Shown here: piece by piece, positions 38,030-51,400 of the stretch | Numbering within the stretch: position 1 is the first letter of the stretch | Layout of the letters: each line of letters starts with the position of its first letter | NCBI GenBank assembly: GCA_001938485.1 | Contig: MQRK01231392.1 | Span: 16,528-69,951 of the forward strand | DNA from: Girardia tigrina | Lineage: Eukaryota | DNA: 53,424 nt | Direction of reading: 5' to 3' | Program-made: the position numbers and the translations under genes | Notes under the pieces: generated by a model | What the model was told of the DNA's origin: nothing | The model's input: only the letters and a program-made list of their open reading frames with translations | Database searches by the model: none

Positions 38030-38560
38030 CATGTATATTCATGGTCACAAATCAAAATTCCTGGCGATGAGAAGTGAAGTCATTATATGAATTTTATACG
38101 AAAGAAGGAAGGCGTGTACCACGAACAAAATATCATCTTTTTCCTTGCAGTGCGATGACTCACGTAGATAGAACTGGAATGATCTCCGAAACCTCGAAAT
38201 GCATGGAAGAAATCAGACAGTTTTTCAGACCTACATTACTTGTTTACATGTTTCGGACGAGATTATTCAACAGAAGCAGCCTAATCTTCAAGAATTAGTG
38301 ATACTGAAAAATAGTAACTCTCCATTGTACATGCGAAACTCTTCAAAGCAGTCATAAGGCAGATTGATTAGGATGTTTTGACTCATATTCCGTATATACT
38401 ATACTTATCTACGTTAGATTACCTTCTCTATCACTCGCATTCAAACAAATCGACCATAATACATTCTAAAATGATGAAAATTTGACGAAGCATTAGAAAT
38501 GACATAGAACATATCATAGATTGAAAAAAGGAACGAAGTTATTCATCAACCTTATAAATG
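38030..38560 (+). mobile_element. Highly decayed mariner transposase relic
   Basis: D*DVLTHIPYILYLSTLDYLLYHS resembles the mariner WEVLPHPPYSPDLAPSDYHLF motif. Confidence 0.55.
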
Positions 38561-38875
38561 AAACCTAATTGTAGGTTATCATGTCTTTAAACTTTAAGAA
38601 TAATAAGATACATAAATTTTTAAGCACATTCTCTACATATTGAAAACCTATTTAGAAAAGAATAATGTTATAAATGTTTGAATTGAGTGTATGTTTACTT
38701 TAAGTTTTTTAAAAAGTTTTACCGTGTTTCTTTTATTCCTTAGTATGTAAACTAGTCAATTCTTTTGCGGAAATCAAATTAAAAAATCAAAAGTAGCATT
38801 ACATATACAATTTGTAGCTATTGAAAATCTTTTGGGTACTATACAGGTCAGGCAAGCTATCTGCTACAGGTACTA

Positions 38876-39145
38876 TGTAAACATGTAATACAAGTCCCAT
38901 GGTCGAATGGTTGGCGACAGAACCGGCTCCCTCACTCAGAGCAACCTGGGTGAAGAGAAAGTGTGGACACCAAGCAGAATGAAAAACAAAACAAAGTAAA
39001 AGGGGGATGAGCTCCTTGGAGCCAACGATCATCCATACCTGGAGAGGAGATAGGCGCCAGCAGGTTACTTGCCTACTGAGACACTCAAAAATATGCAAAC
39101 TCAAGTGATAATGCTTGTGCATAATTGAGTGCACCCACGTCCCAA
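38876..39145 (+). mobile_element. tRNA-derived SINE-like element, copy 2, ending at (TA)n
   Basis: Head GTCCCATGGTCGAATGGTTGG (A-box); homologous to 8028-8272. Confidence 0.7.
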
Positions 39146-39215
39146 TATATATATATATATATATANNNNNNNNNNNNNNNNNNNNNNNNNNNNNNNNNNN
39201 NNNNNNNNNNNNNNN

Positions 39216-39259
<44 letters not shown>

Positions 39260-39462
39260 AAATTTTGGTAATAATGATTTAGTATATAAAATAAATAAAC
39301 CTTTTTAGGAAACATTCTAACAACATTTAGTTAAATGAACTGAAATTTTTTTAAGTAATACCATATTTAAAATTTAAATTGTAAATATTTAATTATTACA
39401 ATGCTAAAAAGCATTAATTTTGTTTGTATTTTATGATATTATCAAAATTTGTTTTTTGCAGT

Positions 39463-40520
39463 ATGGATAAGTGTTTTGACACATCTCCGTTAAAATTAAG
39501 AGAAATCGAAACACTTATTGAACACCAAATACGGTCAAAGAGAAATAGTGAGAATTACAGGTATTCCAAAGTCATTAATTAGTAATATTAAAGTCAAGAT
39601 CGATCAAGGCAAACAAGTGGGAAAATGTGGCAGGAAAATGGTCTCAACTCCTCGTACTGACCGCAAAATCAGAAATCTCTGTCTCGATAATCGTAAAGAA
39701 AGTTTAGATTGCCTTACTACGATGATAAACAACGACGGAATTAGTTTCCAAAAGGACAGTTGAAAAAAGTTTGTCTGAAAAAAACCTGATGGGTCGGTGC
39801 CTACCTATGAAAAAAAGAGACTTCAATGGGCTAAACAGCACAAGCATATGACTGACGACTCAGCGGGTGGTGAGGTCTGGAGTCGTGTAAGTAGCATTTT
39901 TTTATTGAGAAATGATATTTCTGTTTAATAATTGTATCAGGTCTGCTTCTCCGACGAGTCCATTTTTCAAATTTTGATGGATAAATGCTGTTTTGTTCGA
40001 CGGTGCCCAGGAGAGCAGCTCCTCAAGGAATGCCTTATAGAAAAGGTCAAACATCCCATAAGTGTCATGGTATGGTCTGTGATCTTATCCAAGGGTTTGG
40101 GAATTCTGTACATTGTGGAAGAGACTATGAGAAAGTACACAATACCAGGGAGTGTTGGAAACGTTTCTTCTTCCTCAGTTGGAAGTATAATTTCCAAATG
40201 AGAAGATTATATACATATAAGTCATTAACAGATTGTGGCATCATACATGCTAAAGTCTGTATAGAAAATATGCCACGACGCATAGAAGCCATAATTCGAG
40301 AAAAGGGTGGTCTTACAAAATATTAGTTTTTTTAATAAAATTGTATCAATCGTCTTCATATCACTTTTCATACATAATTTGTCATATTTTTTTATTTGAT
40401 ATTTAGCTTTCGTATTTCTAAGCAAACACTTCGCTAAATGATTTGTTTTGTTTACTCAAAGAATTCATTCAAAATTAAAATTTCAAAAAAATAAGTGTCC
40501 ATAATAATTTGCCAACTCAA
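39463..40520 (+). mobile_element. Tc1-family transposon relic, internally deleted, with an intron
   Basis: N-terminal HTH region, GRK..TPRTDRKI, VCFSDES, VMVWSVI..KGLG and ENMPRRIEAIIREKGGLTKY*. GTAAGT...ATCAG intron at about 39887-39940. Confidence 0.9.
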
Positions 40521-41019
40521 TTTACATATTAGTTTTACTTGTTTTGTATTTAAAGTTTTTGGAATAATTCTTCTAAATATAAATTTAAATATTATTGAGC
40601 ATTGACTTGTAAAACTATTTTCAAGACTGATTCCTTTAATTTTAGTATTATTTAATTTTAGTATCTACTGAATAATTTTTGGATGAATTCCAGTGAGAAA
40701 TTTAAAATCAAATATATATTGAATAAACATTTAAAATAAAAAATCATTGAAATTCTAAACTTTACAGTGCTGGTAGGTAATCCAGAGTTAAGCCCAAAAC
40801 ACGTTCTGAGAATTCCGATAAAATGAAATTAGACTGTTAGATTACAGTGTAGTTCATAAATAAACTAGTTTTACAATCATAAGCTAAATTTATATAAAAG
40901 ACATATTGAATAACAGAAAGACTTAAATAATCAGTAAAGGGTTTCCTGTTGTTCTTTTACAGTTTTATTGTCTGTAAGACCTCCTTAAATCTGATTTGCG
41001 AATTCATATATATATGTCT

Positions 41020-41215
41020 TCCAACTGGGGAAAAAGATAAGTTTCCAACACTCCCAGGTATTGGTCCTTTCTCAAAGTCTCTTCCACAATGTGCAAAAGT
41101 CTCAAATCCCTGGATGAGATCACAGACCACACACTGGGCGCCGTCAACCAAAACAGCATTTGTCTACCAAAAATTTGAAAAGTGGACTCGTCGGAGAAGC
41201 AGACCTGATACAATT
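41020..41215 (-). mobile_element. Fragment of the same Tc1 family
   Basis: YQVCFSDESTFQI...VWSVISSR..YLGVLETYLFPQ; nucleotide match to 39930-40190. Confidence 0.85.
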
Positions 41216-41899
41216 AAACAATTGGATATATAGTCAGTTAAAAAACATAGAAGTAATTAAGAACATAATTTAAATTTTTCGGGGGTGGGGATTTTCTTAA
41301 ATTTATAAAATATTAAAATAATATATGTATATATATACTGTGTTGTTAAAAATTTTCCTATTCTGAGACTTCTATCCACTGTTTAATCTGGCACGTCATA
41401 GAAAAATGAAGTTTTAAGGTCTTAAAACAAGAAATATAGTAAAAAGTCAATCTAAACTATTTTACCGTCAAAATAAGAACAGTAGCATTCAATATGAAAT
41501 TTCTGAAATTTTGTTTTTCTGATGTAATTATTGGAATTTTGTCCTTATGAAGGATCTGTAGGTCTTCTATTTTTCTAGAACTTGAACATATGATTCTTGT
41601 CGTCCTTGGCTCCAACAAATTTGAGTTGTAGGTTTGTGTTGAATGTTATTACCATCGGTTCTTATTACCTATGGTAAGAAATATTTGATAACAAGAATCT
41701 TAAGAAAGACAAACTATTAAAATTTTAATTTAAATATTCTTAAAGCGGCAAAAATTCCCTTTTTGTAGAAAGTAAAAGAAGGATGGATAATAAAATAGTG
41801 CTGCTTATACTGCTTATAATAATACTGCTTATGTGATTCACATAATGATAGTAATAGTGACTGGATATTTAAACAGCAAAATATAGTAGAACTCGGTTT

Positions 41900-42075
41900 A
41901 TTGGACAAATGCTGTTTCATTCTACGGTGCCCAGGAGAGGAGTTCCTCAAGGAATGCCTTATAGAAAAGATCAAACATCCCATAAGTGTCAAAGGTGTGG
42001 TCTATGATCTTATCCAGGGGGTTGGGATCTCTGTACATTGTGGAAGGGACTATTGGAAAGGATCAATACCAGGAG
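41900..42075 (+). mobile_element. Fragment of the same Tc1 family
   Basis: DKCCFILRCPGEEFLKECLIEKIKHPISV matches 39978-40150. Confidence 0.85.
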
Positions 42076-43639
42076 GGAATGACAATTGCTGCTCAAAATC
42101 ACTTGTTGAATAAAGAAAACATACAACAATGTAAATAAAATGAAATTAATAAGAAAAAAAATGTTAAAAAATAAAAAACTATATAATCGAAAGTGTACTT
42201 GTTAATAGATGGAACGCTCGGTCTAAAAATGTATTCACATAATTCACATATTCTAATTGATTGACTCAAGCACTAAAAGAACTCTTCGTGAAATTATCCA
42301 TAGGTTTTTAAGTATCGAAGTAAATTAAGCATCACGATGTTAACCGTCCGCATGAAGTTCGAAAATTCAGATCTTTCTGTTCCCATTTCATTCTACCTTC
42401 ACATAAATTAGCCCTATGCTTCTTGTATATTTTCTAAACTTTTATCTCCGGTTTGCAAAATACTATTTGCTTTGCTAGAAATCATTGAGCTAAGCCAATA
42501 AATGTAAACATGATTTCTGAAAATCAATATTTGTCATCAATATAAGATTTATAGCGCATGAATTCGATCTTAATTTACAATGAAATGCAAATATAAAATC
42601 TTTGAGTGCAAAAAAGAACTTATGGTATAAAATTATTCGGATATCATTAGGAACAGTTAAAGAAAGCAGAGCAAAATTCATGAAAATAAAAAGTTTGTGT
42701 TACCATTTAAAGCAGTAAAGTCATTAATTCGGAACTTGAGTACACTTTCTCACCACGTCCTTATACACTTGAGGCAAAATTAATCTTTATAAATCTTATC
42801 GCCGGTTTGAGACAAATGGACCATGATCACAGTTAATCAAAGTTACACAAATAATCGTTGTTTCATTTTATAAATAATAAATGAAAAATAAATAAAAAAA
42901 TTTACTTTATTTATGATTTAATTTGAACATTCCGACACGTATTTACAACATAATGATAATTGTTGCTCCAAATCACGGCACTGTGGACAAACCACCTATG
43001 GTCAAACCCCCTGTGGTCAAAGCACCTAGAGCCTTAAGAACATAATTTAAATTTTTCGGGGGTGGGGATTTTCTTAAATTTACAAAATATTAATTATTTT
43101 GGATAGTTCACATTTTAAACTTCAACATTGTTATTTAAAAAACTTTGAAGTTATAAGGATTATAATTTAAATTTTTCAAAATTTTAAATTTTTAAAATAA
43201 ATTTTAAATTTAAAAATTTTTTTTAAAAATTCGGAGAGTTCACATTTTAAGCATAAAAATTTTAAATTATTCTTATTAATAGGCTGCTAAAAAGCTTAGA
43301 CCTAATAAAAATTGTAATTCAAATTTTTTCGAAGTGGGGGTGGGGGATTTATCCCCTTAAATCTCCTTTGCGCAGGCGCCTGCATCTCATTATATGGTAA
43401 TGGAGAATTTGATAAATCATATATCATGTTTTATTAATAAATATATATTTTATTCTTCAGATAGATAGAAAAGCAGAGATCTTTCAAATTCCACATTTAC
43501 ATCTTGAAGGCATGTCAAATTTTAATTTATTTAAAGAAGATCTGTTCAATATTTCCTGTTACAAAAGTAAAAAAAGTTTTTTTAACTGATGTAAAACTTT
43601 TGTTCGAAAAGTTGATTTTGTCTCTTAAATACAGAGCTC

Positions 43640-43907
43640 TAATATTGAAAACGGCGTAATAAGAACAAACATGGGGAAGATTTGGATACCGAAATCAAAA
43701 AGAGAAGAAAGAATCATACAAATACAAACTCTTTTGTTGCACGTGGGCACAGAGAAAGTAACGAAATATATCTCAGAAAATTATCACATGATCAATAGGA
43801 ATGAAATAATAAAAGAAGTAATTGGACAATGTGAAGCATGCCAAAATGGTAAAATATTAACGATGGCTACGAAGGAAGAACGGTTGACACTGGTCGCAAA
43901 TGAATAA
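43640..43907 (+). mobile_element. Gypsy-type integrase zinc-binding-domain fragment
   Basis: KIWIPKSKREERIIQIQTLLLHVGTEKVTKYISENY...CEACQNGK matches the HHCC region pattern. Confidence 0.75.
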
Positions 43908-44827
43908 ATATTTTGATCCAGTTAATAGTTTTCACAAACCTAACACAGAATATCCCGAAAATTATTGTTATTGAACTACCGCTTATAAAGAAGTAAAACA
44001 TAAAAAAATGAATTATTCCAAATAATGGTGATCAAAATATTTTAACTAACATCATTTAACTTACGCTGAGTTTTGATCTGGTCCTCCTCCAGCAAAAAAA
44101 ACAAAAATATATCAATTTAAGCGATCAATGGTTGCAGATATCTTTACTATATTGTAAGATTTCACTGATAAAGTTTAAAAGTTCAAAGCAGTTTAACTAT
44201 AATCAGTAATATAATAATACAATGCATCTAATTTTTATTTAAAGTAAATGAAAAACTAAATTAAATTATGATATTTATCAACTAAATTATTTTTTTCATA
44301 TATATATTTAAAAAGTGGTGGCAAATATGTTTTTACAGTAAAATAATAATCATCATAATTTATTGTTATTAATTTGAACGGATAAACCATCATCTTCAGA
44401 CTAATCTAACAATGATATGTTCAAATTTAAATGCCAAAGAAATGTTTATATAATTATTATGTAATTTTTAATTCATAAAAATATTTATATATAGTTAAAG
44501 AATATGGTATTTGGATATTGATTTTAGGATCAAAAGATTTGATTATCAATGCTTCACATATCACACTCTCACAGTACTTATTACAAATTATTATGTTCCA
44601 ATTTAGTTTATAAGTATAAATTTAATGGATGTTGTGCATAATAGAGACTTGTCATATATGTAAACAAATTCAGGAACATAATCGAAAGGAAAGTATTTCT
44701 GAATTTAAGTGAAAATATGATTTGTATTTATATATATTTTCGTTATTTTTATTTATATTTAAATGTCTATTTTTCCTGTTCCAAAGACAGTCATTAATTT
44801 AAATTCTAATCGCTTTTCTTCGTTTAC

Positions 44828-45246
44828 TTGTTTGAATGACAAATCATCGATTTAATGCTTGCAATAGAAAATGATATATGATTATATGTTGAAGTGCTGG
44901 TTGCTAGGAAGAGTCGTAGCAGCCAGGACTTCTTGACTGTGCGTGAGCCCGGCGATCGAAAGAACTGTTCGAGTGATTTGCGTGTGCTCGTAAGCCGACT
45001 AGATCCGGTGATCACCGAGTGGCGTTCTTTTTGATATCGATCCTCCGACCGGTCGCCACACGTGCGGCGATAGCTCCCATCTCGAATGATGGGCAGCTCG
45101 GTTGACTTATTTGGTTGCGACCCGATGATCCACTTGAGAGATCCGATGGAGTTAATGGTGGGGTTAGCTCCCAAGTGGGGTTCCGGTAGCATCGGTCCAG
45201 ACTGTCTCACGCATTGCGGAGTGGCGTAGATCGGTTGATGTCGCAT
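44828..45246 (-). CDS. Probable first coding exon of an unknown gene
   Basis: GC-rich 139-codon ATG-initiated frame ending at an AA|GTAAAC donor; candidate next exons 44164-44065 and 43555-43501. Confidence 0.45.
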
Positions 45247-45294
45247 TAAAAAAGATAAATGAAAAGACGAGCATAAAAATCTCTTTGGCACATC

Positions 45295-47765
45295 TAGCTT
45301 GGCTCTTCAAACTTTGATTAACACTGCTTTAAAGTATATCAAGTTCACTGGTATGGAGTTCCGACGTTCAAAGTGTGCCTATATGGACTTTCCGTATCAT
45401 GACAACCAAATATGTGTTGACGATCAACCGATTCCACAAAAAAAGGCTGATGAAGGTTATGTTTATTTGGGTTGTTTTAGTTCCCGTCTTCTTCGTCACA
45501 CTCCGGAACAAGTGATTAAGAATGTTCTTGAAGATCTTGAGATTCTAAAGAACTCTGTTCTCTCTTCTCAAAAACTTCATGCTTATCAAACCTTTGTGCA
45601 TTTTAAAATGGTGTTTTACTTTCGTAACACTTACATCCCGTTTCCTTATCTGACAGCTTTCACAACAGGTTGGGTCTTCTGGTTAGAATGAAGCACAAAG
45701 AACTGTTAAGTCTTCCTGTATCAGCTTCTACCGGTTACCTGTATTCTTTCTAAGTTCATGGGGGAGTAGGTCTTACATCTACCTTTGATGAATATCTTGT
45801 GCAATCAGTCACACACTCTTACTACCTTCTAACATAACCTGATATCTTTGTGAAAGAAGCTGCTCGAATAACTTTGCGACATGCTTCAAAACTGATGAGT
45901 CATGTAAGGGGCCNNNNNNNNNNNNNNNNNNNNNNNNNNNNNNNNNNNNNNNNNNNNNNNNNNNNNNNNNNNNNNNNNNNNNNNNNNNNNNNNNNNNNNN
46001 NNNNNNNNNNNNNNNNNNNNNNNNNNNNNNNNNNNNNNNNNNNNNNNNNNNNNNNNNNNNNNNNNNNNNNNNNNNNNNNNNNNNNNNNNNNNNNNNNNNN
46101 NNNNNNNNNNNNNNNNNNNNNNNNNNNNNNNNNNNNNNNNNNNNNNNNNNNNNNNNNNNNNNNNNNNNNNNNNNNNNNNNNNNNNNNNNNNNNNNNNNNN
46201 NNNNNNNNNNNNNNNNNNNNNNNNNNNNNNNNNNNNNNNNNNNNNNNNNNNNNNNNNNNNNNNNNNNNNNNNNNNNNNNNNNNNNNNNNNNNNNNNNNNN
46301 NNNNNNNNNNNNNNNNNNNNNNNNNNNNNNNNNNNNNNNNNNNNNNNNNNNNNNNNNNNNNNNNNNNNNNNNNNNNNNNNNNNNNNNNNNNNNNNNNNNN
46401 NNNNNNNNNNNNNNNNNNNNNNNNNNNNNNNNNNNNNNNNNNNNNNNNNNNNNNNNNNNNNNNNNNNNNNNNNNNNNNNNNNNNNNNNNNNNNNNNNNNN
46501 NNNNNNNNNNNNNNNNNNNNNNNNNNNNNNNNNNNNNNNNNNNNNNNNNNNNNNNNNNNNNNNNNNNNNNNNNTGGGTGAAAAATGGCTATTTTTGGCGT
46601 TACGTAATTATGCAATGGCCCCTAAGTATTCTTGACTGGATCAATACTGGTTATAAACAATCGGCTTTTGGATCCTGGTGGAATAAAGTCCAACATGTCA
46701 TCCATGTTCTACATGAGAAATATGGGATCACCGTCAAATTTGGTGAGTCATCCATCTCTTATTATCTCCATTTTTTTACAGAATGAATCGTATCAGGTTT
46801 CTTCCACCATTAGTTACCAAGATAAAGATAAGATTGCTATATTTCTTCGAAAGTGTCTCTCTTCACTATCTTAATTACTGGAAGAAGCAAACAAGTGCTG
46901 GTCGTTCGCCTCTTCTCTCTCTCTTTCAGGTTTCTCATTTTCTGTAGTTTTCAAAAGTCGTCTATGGGATTTTGTTCATCGTAGCCGCTCTTATACATTT
47001 CAAGTTGGATGCCGTTTCCAGAAATTTGTTGCTTGTCGTAGGTGTAGAGGTTACAATGAGACTTTGACTCATGGTGTTTCTGATTGCGATACTCTTCAGG
47101 CCTATATAAATGCTCGCCATGACACGGTGGTTGACATTTTAAAGACTGAAATCCAAGAGTATTGCAATGCTGAATTGTATGTAAATGTCACCTGCAGGTT
47201 TGTTTATTCAACCTTGAAGCTTGATTTGCAAAAGTTATTTCAGGATCGGAAGCGAATAGTATTGATTGATGAGAAGGAGAACTTGGACAACGCAAATAGG
47301 GACAACTTGGCTAAGTACAAACCTCTCCGCGATGCAATTAAAGATATATACCGTGATCACACAGTTTTGCTTTACACATCTCTTGTAGGTGCTCTTTGCA
47401 CATGGATCCCTGTCAATAGCAAACCACTAGATGCCGTTTTTCTATCAGGCAGAGAAAAGGCCTTTGCAATTGCCTCTGTCCGATCAAACATCCGATGGTC
47501 TGCAAGAATGTGGAAAGCCTTCTGTGATGGACGTGATGCCCACGACTTGTTAGAGTTTCGTGATCCTAAACACAATCCTAGAGATACTCTTCTACTCCAG
47601 GAATGGGCTGTGTTAGACGAGGAAGATTCTGTAGACGAATTGTGAGTTCATGCTTGAACTTCACGGCAATACTCCTACCTGTGTTAGATGTGCTTGAACA
47701 AACTGAAGTATTGAGCTCACATGCAGTGGGCACCGACTGGCGAACCGCGCCGCTGCAGAAAAAAA
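45295..47765 (+). mobile_element. 5'-truncated non-LTR retrotransposon with restriction-like endonuclease (R2/NeSL/Utopia-type), decayed, spans an N-gap
   Basis: RT C-terminus GMEFRRSKCA and YVYLG; QKLHAYQTFV; HGGVGL; CCHC knuckle CRRC....ETLTHGVSDC; RHD; degenerate PD..D..K region LKLDL..VLIDE..AKYKPL; short A tract at 47759-47765. Confidence 0.88.
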
Positions 47766-48478
47766 TGCCAACAAACAATCAGATAAAGTCCCGTCTGGGA
47801 AATTGTAAAATTTTAATAATAATAAATATTTGTGATTTTTATTTTTAATTGTTATTTTTATTTGATTTTTATTTTGTACTAAGATTTTTTTAAATTTTTG
47901 ATTAATTATAATTACATGTGTATTTCGTGTGTCATTTAAATTTATTTACAAGTTACATATTCAAATTTTGTAAATATTGAAATACAAAAAAATGAATACC
48001 AACAAATAAAAGTTTAATTCAAAATACTGAAAAAAATTAATAAAATTATATTTCACAAAAATCATTTGTTCACAACTGTCTATTGTTTATAGTCTCCTAA
48101 AAATGTCGGTAATATTCGGAAATGACACAAAATTCGTCAATTATTTTTGTTATATTTAATTGTATGTTTTCTCGATTCTCAGTACGTGGTCTAATTGAAT
48201 TTAGTTTTGCTTTAATACAACAAAAAACATTTTCAATCGGATTTAAATCAGGAGAATAAGATGGTAAATATAAAACGTGTACACCTTTTCACACCAAATA
48301 TTCTTTAAGTTCTACAAAGTGATGAAACATAATGTAATCCATTACTAGAACAGGACTGTTGTGATACAGATGCTTATTGAAGCATGATTCATTTTATAAA
48401 ATCTGAACTTTTATTTATGAAATACCCCGTAATTGATGATTTCCTACATAACATACAATATAAAAATAATTGCTAAAT

Positions 48479-51400
48479 CAGTGGTTCCCAAACTTCCTTG
48501 CCAGGCGCCCCCTACATGTTCCACCAGGATATATTGTGTTATAGAAACGCTTAAATTATTATTTTTATTAAGTGAATTTTTAAATTTAATTTTAATTTAA
48601 CACATGGAATGTGTGTTTCATCGTAAATTCTTTCAGGTTTGAAACGCATTCTACCTATCTATAGAAATTTTCATGAAAATAGGTTAAGCCCGTTTATTTT
48701 AAATATTCAAATCTACCTCATCTTCATTAAATTTGTTCTTAATCTCAAATAGGTTGAGATTACTGTTCATAAATGGTCGCTTGGCTTTCATGAAACTTAA
48801 AATCCTGTGATGAAAAACTTGTTACCATTTATTAATGTCTTTTCCAAGGGGTAAGACATCGTTGATATGTAATTACAATAAATACTTGCATTTGCCTTTG
48901 AATAATTTTTATACTTAATATTTGTACACTAACCATCTTTCGGTATTTATTTATAATAAATTTCATTTTATAAATCTGTTTCAAACTGTTTGAAATAGTT
49001 TTAGATTAATAAATAAATAGATCAATGTAGTTAAGGATAATTCTCAGTTGTTTAAATAATCGAAAGTCTCGGGGGGCGTTTAAAAGGAAAATAAATCTTA
49101 CTGACTTTTGTTTATTGCTTTACTTTTCAGTTTATCATTTTACAATCAATTAATAAAACGATCAATCAATTATCTAATTTTACCAGCTACATAAGCTATT
49201 TTACAATAAAAATATACTTATTTTATTCTTGTTTCAAGATACCACACAAAAATGGGTACGTGTATAAGTAAGAAACGCAAGGCAGATACCTCTCAAGACG
49301 CGTCTAAATCCACTGTAAGTAATTCAAATAAAGAGGCCCAGTCAATAAACATTGACAATTCTCCAAAGATGTAAGTTGAGGAAGTATCAAGAAGATTATA
49401 AAAAAATTGGCTTTACATTTTGTAAGAATTTTCCATCAATAATTAAAAGTCAAAATAAATTGCAAAATTTATTCTTATTTAAAAAAGTGCGCGTTTTTGT
49501 TTATTTAAACAAAAATCATCAAGAGACTTAATTCAGNNNNNNNNNNNNNNNNNNNNNNNNNNNNNNNNNNNNNNNNNNNNNNNNNNTATCTAATTTTACC
49601 AGCTACATAAGCTATTTTACAATAAAAATATACTTATTTTATTCTTGTTTCAAGATACCACACAAAAATGGGTACGTGTATAAGTAAGAAACGCAAGGCA
49701 GATACATCTCAAGACGCGTCTAAATCCACTGTAAGTAATTCAAATAAAGAGGCCCAGTCAATAAACATTGACAAATTCAATGTTAAGAAAAAGTTCATTC
49801 TCCAAAGATGTAAGTTGAGGAAGTATCAAGAAGATTATAAAAAAATTGGCTTTACATTTAATCAAATTGGAAGTACACAACATCCACAATGCATTATTTG
49901 CTCGGAACTTTTGGCTAATGAAAGTTTAAAACCAAGAAATTTAAGGCGAAATTTAGTAGCAAAGCACTTGTTGAAAAGCCTGTCGACTATTTTAAACCTA
50001 AGAGCATGGAGTGACAAAAGCAAGTAACTCTGATGAACAAAATAACGACATCAACAACAGCTCTCCGTGCTTCTTTTGAAGTGTCGTATTTGATAGCAAT
50101 CGAAAAGAAGTCTCATACAATTGCAGAAACTATTGTGCTTCCAGCGGCAAGGACAATGTGTCAAATTATAGATGGCGAAAAATTTTCAGAGGCTATGAAA
50201 TCAATTCCATTATCAAACAACATTGTTTCTCGCCGTATTCAAGAAATGTCCAATGATGTTAAAGAGCAACTAATTGCTCGCCTTAAAATTAGTGAGAAAT
50301 TTTCCTTGCAAATTGACGAATCTACCGATGTAGCTTGCATGGGTGAACTACTTGTTTACGTGAGATTCTGTTTTGGTGATAAGTTACTGGAGGATATACT
50401 TTTTTGCCAAGCGCTTACTCAAACAACCACAGGAAACAACATATTCAATATGCTAAATAACATTCTAGAGACAGAGGATCTAAAATGGAGCAATTGCGTT
50501 GGATTTTGTACGGATAGTGCGGCTTCTATGACCGGAGATAAAAAAAGGATTAAAAGCTAAAATTAAGGAAGTTGCACCCCATGTTTGTTTTACCCATTGT
50601 ATTATCTATATAGAAGTCCTGGAAATTAAGAATCTCGATGTAGAAGCTAAAACGGTTTTACAAGAGGCAATAAAAGTATTCAACTTTGTGAAAAGTCGAC
50701 CTCTAAATGCTCGTTTATTTTCTGTGCTCTGTAAAGAAATGCAATCGGATCATGATTCACTTCACATTCACACTGAAGTAAGATGGCTATCAAAGGGCAA
50801 AGTACTGCAACGTCTGTTTGAATTGAAGCACGAAGTGGGCATTTTTCTGGAAAATGCTAATTCTGAACTAGCTAAACATTTCACAGATTCAAGATGGCTT
50901 GCAATTTTATCATTTCTGGCAGATATTTTTCATAAACTTAAGGACCTGAACACTTCGATTCAAGGGCCAAATACCATCATTTTTCAACTAAACAACAAAA
51001 TTACTGGGTTTATAAAGAAAATAACTCTGAAAAACGCACTGTGAAAATGACAACATTGCAATGTTTGAGAACTTAAATGCATTTTTAAATGATAAGGAAC
51101 TTCATTTTCACGAAGTATAATTATTAGTAATAACTCATCTCACTAATCTTAACGTTCATTTTGGTAATTATTTCGATGATTTATCTCTTTCTAAGCATGA
51201 GTGGATCAGGAGCCAATTCAATGATATTGAAACAATAAGTCATCTTCCAATATCACAGCAGGAAAAGCTTTTAGAATTGTCATCTGATGGGACTCTAAAA
51301 AGGAAATTTGATACAGTACCACTAGCTGAATTTTGGATACTTGTTAAAAATGAATATCCTCAACTTTCTGAACTAGCTGTCAATTTTAATTCCGTTTACT

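Noticed and set aside
41257-43092. About 58-bp direct repeat at 41257 and 43034 as LTRs
   Set aside because: No TG..CA ends, PBS, PPT or TSD; more likely fragments of a dispersed repeat.
45809-46635. 260-aa ORFs on both strands
   Set aside because: Artefacts of translating through the N-gap.
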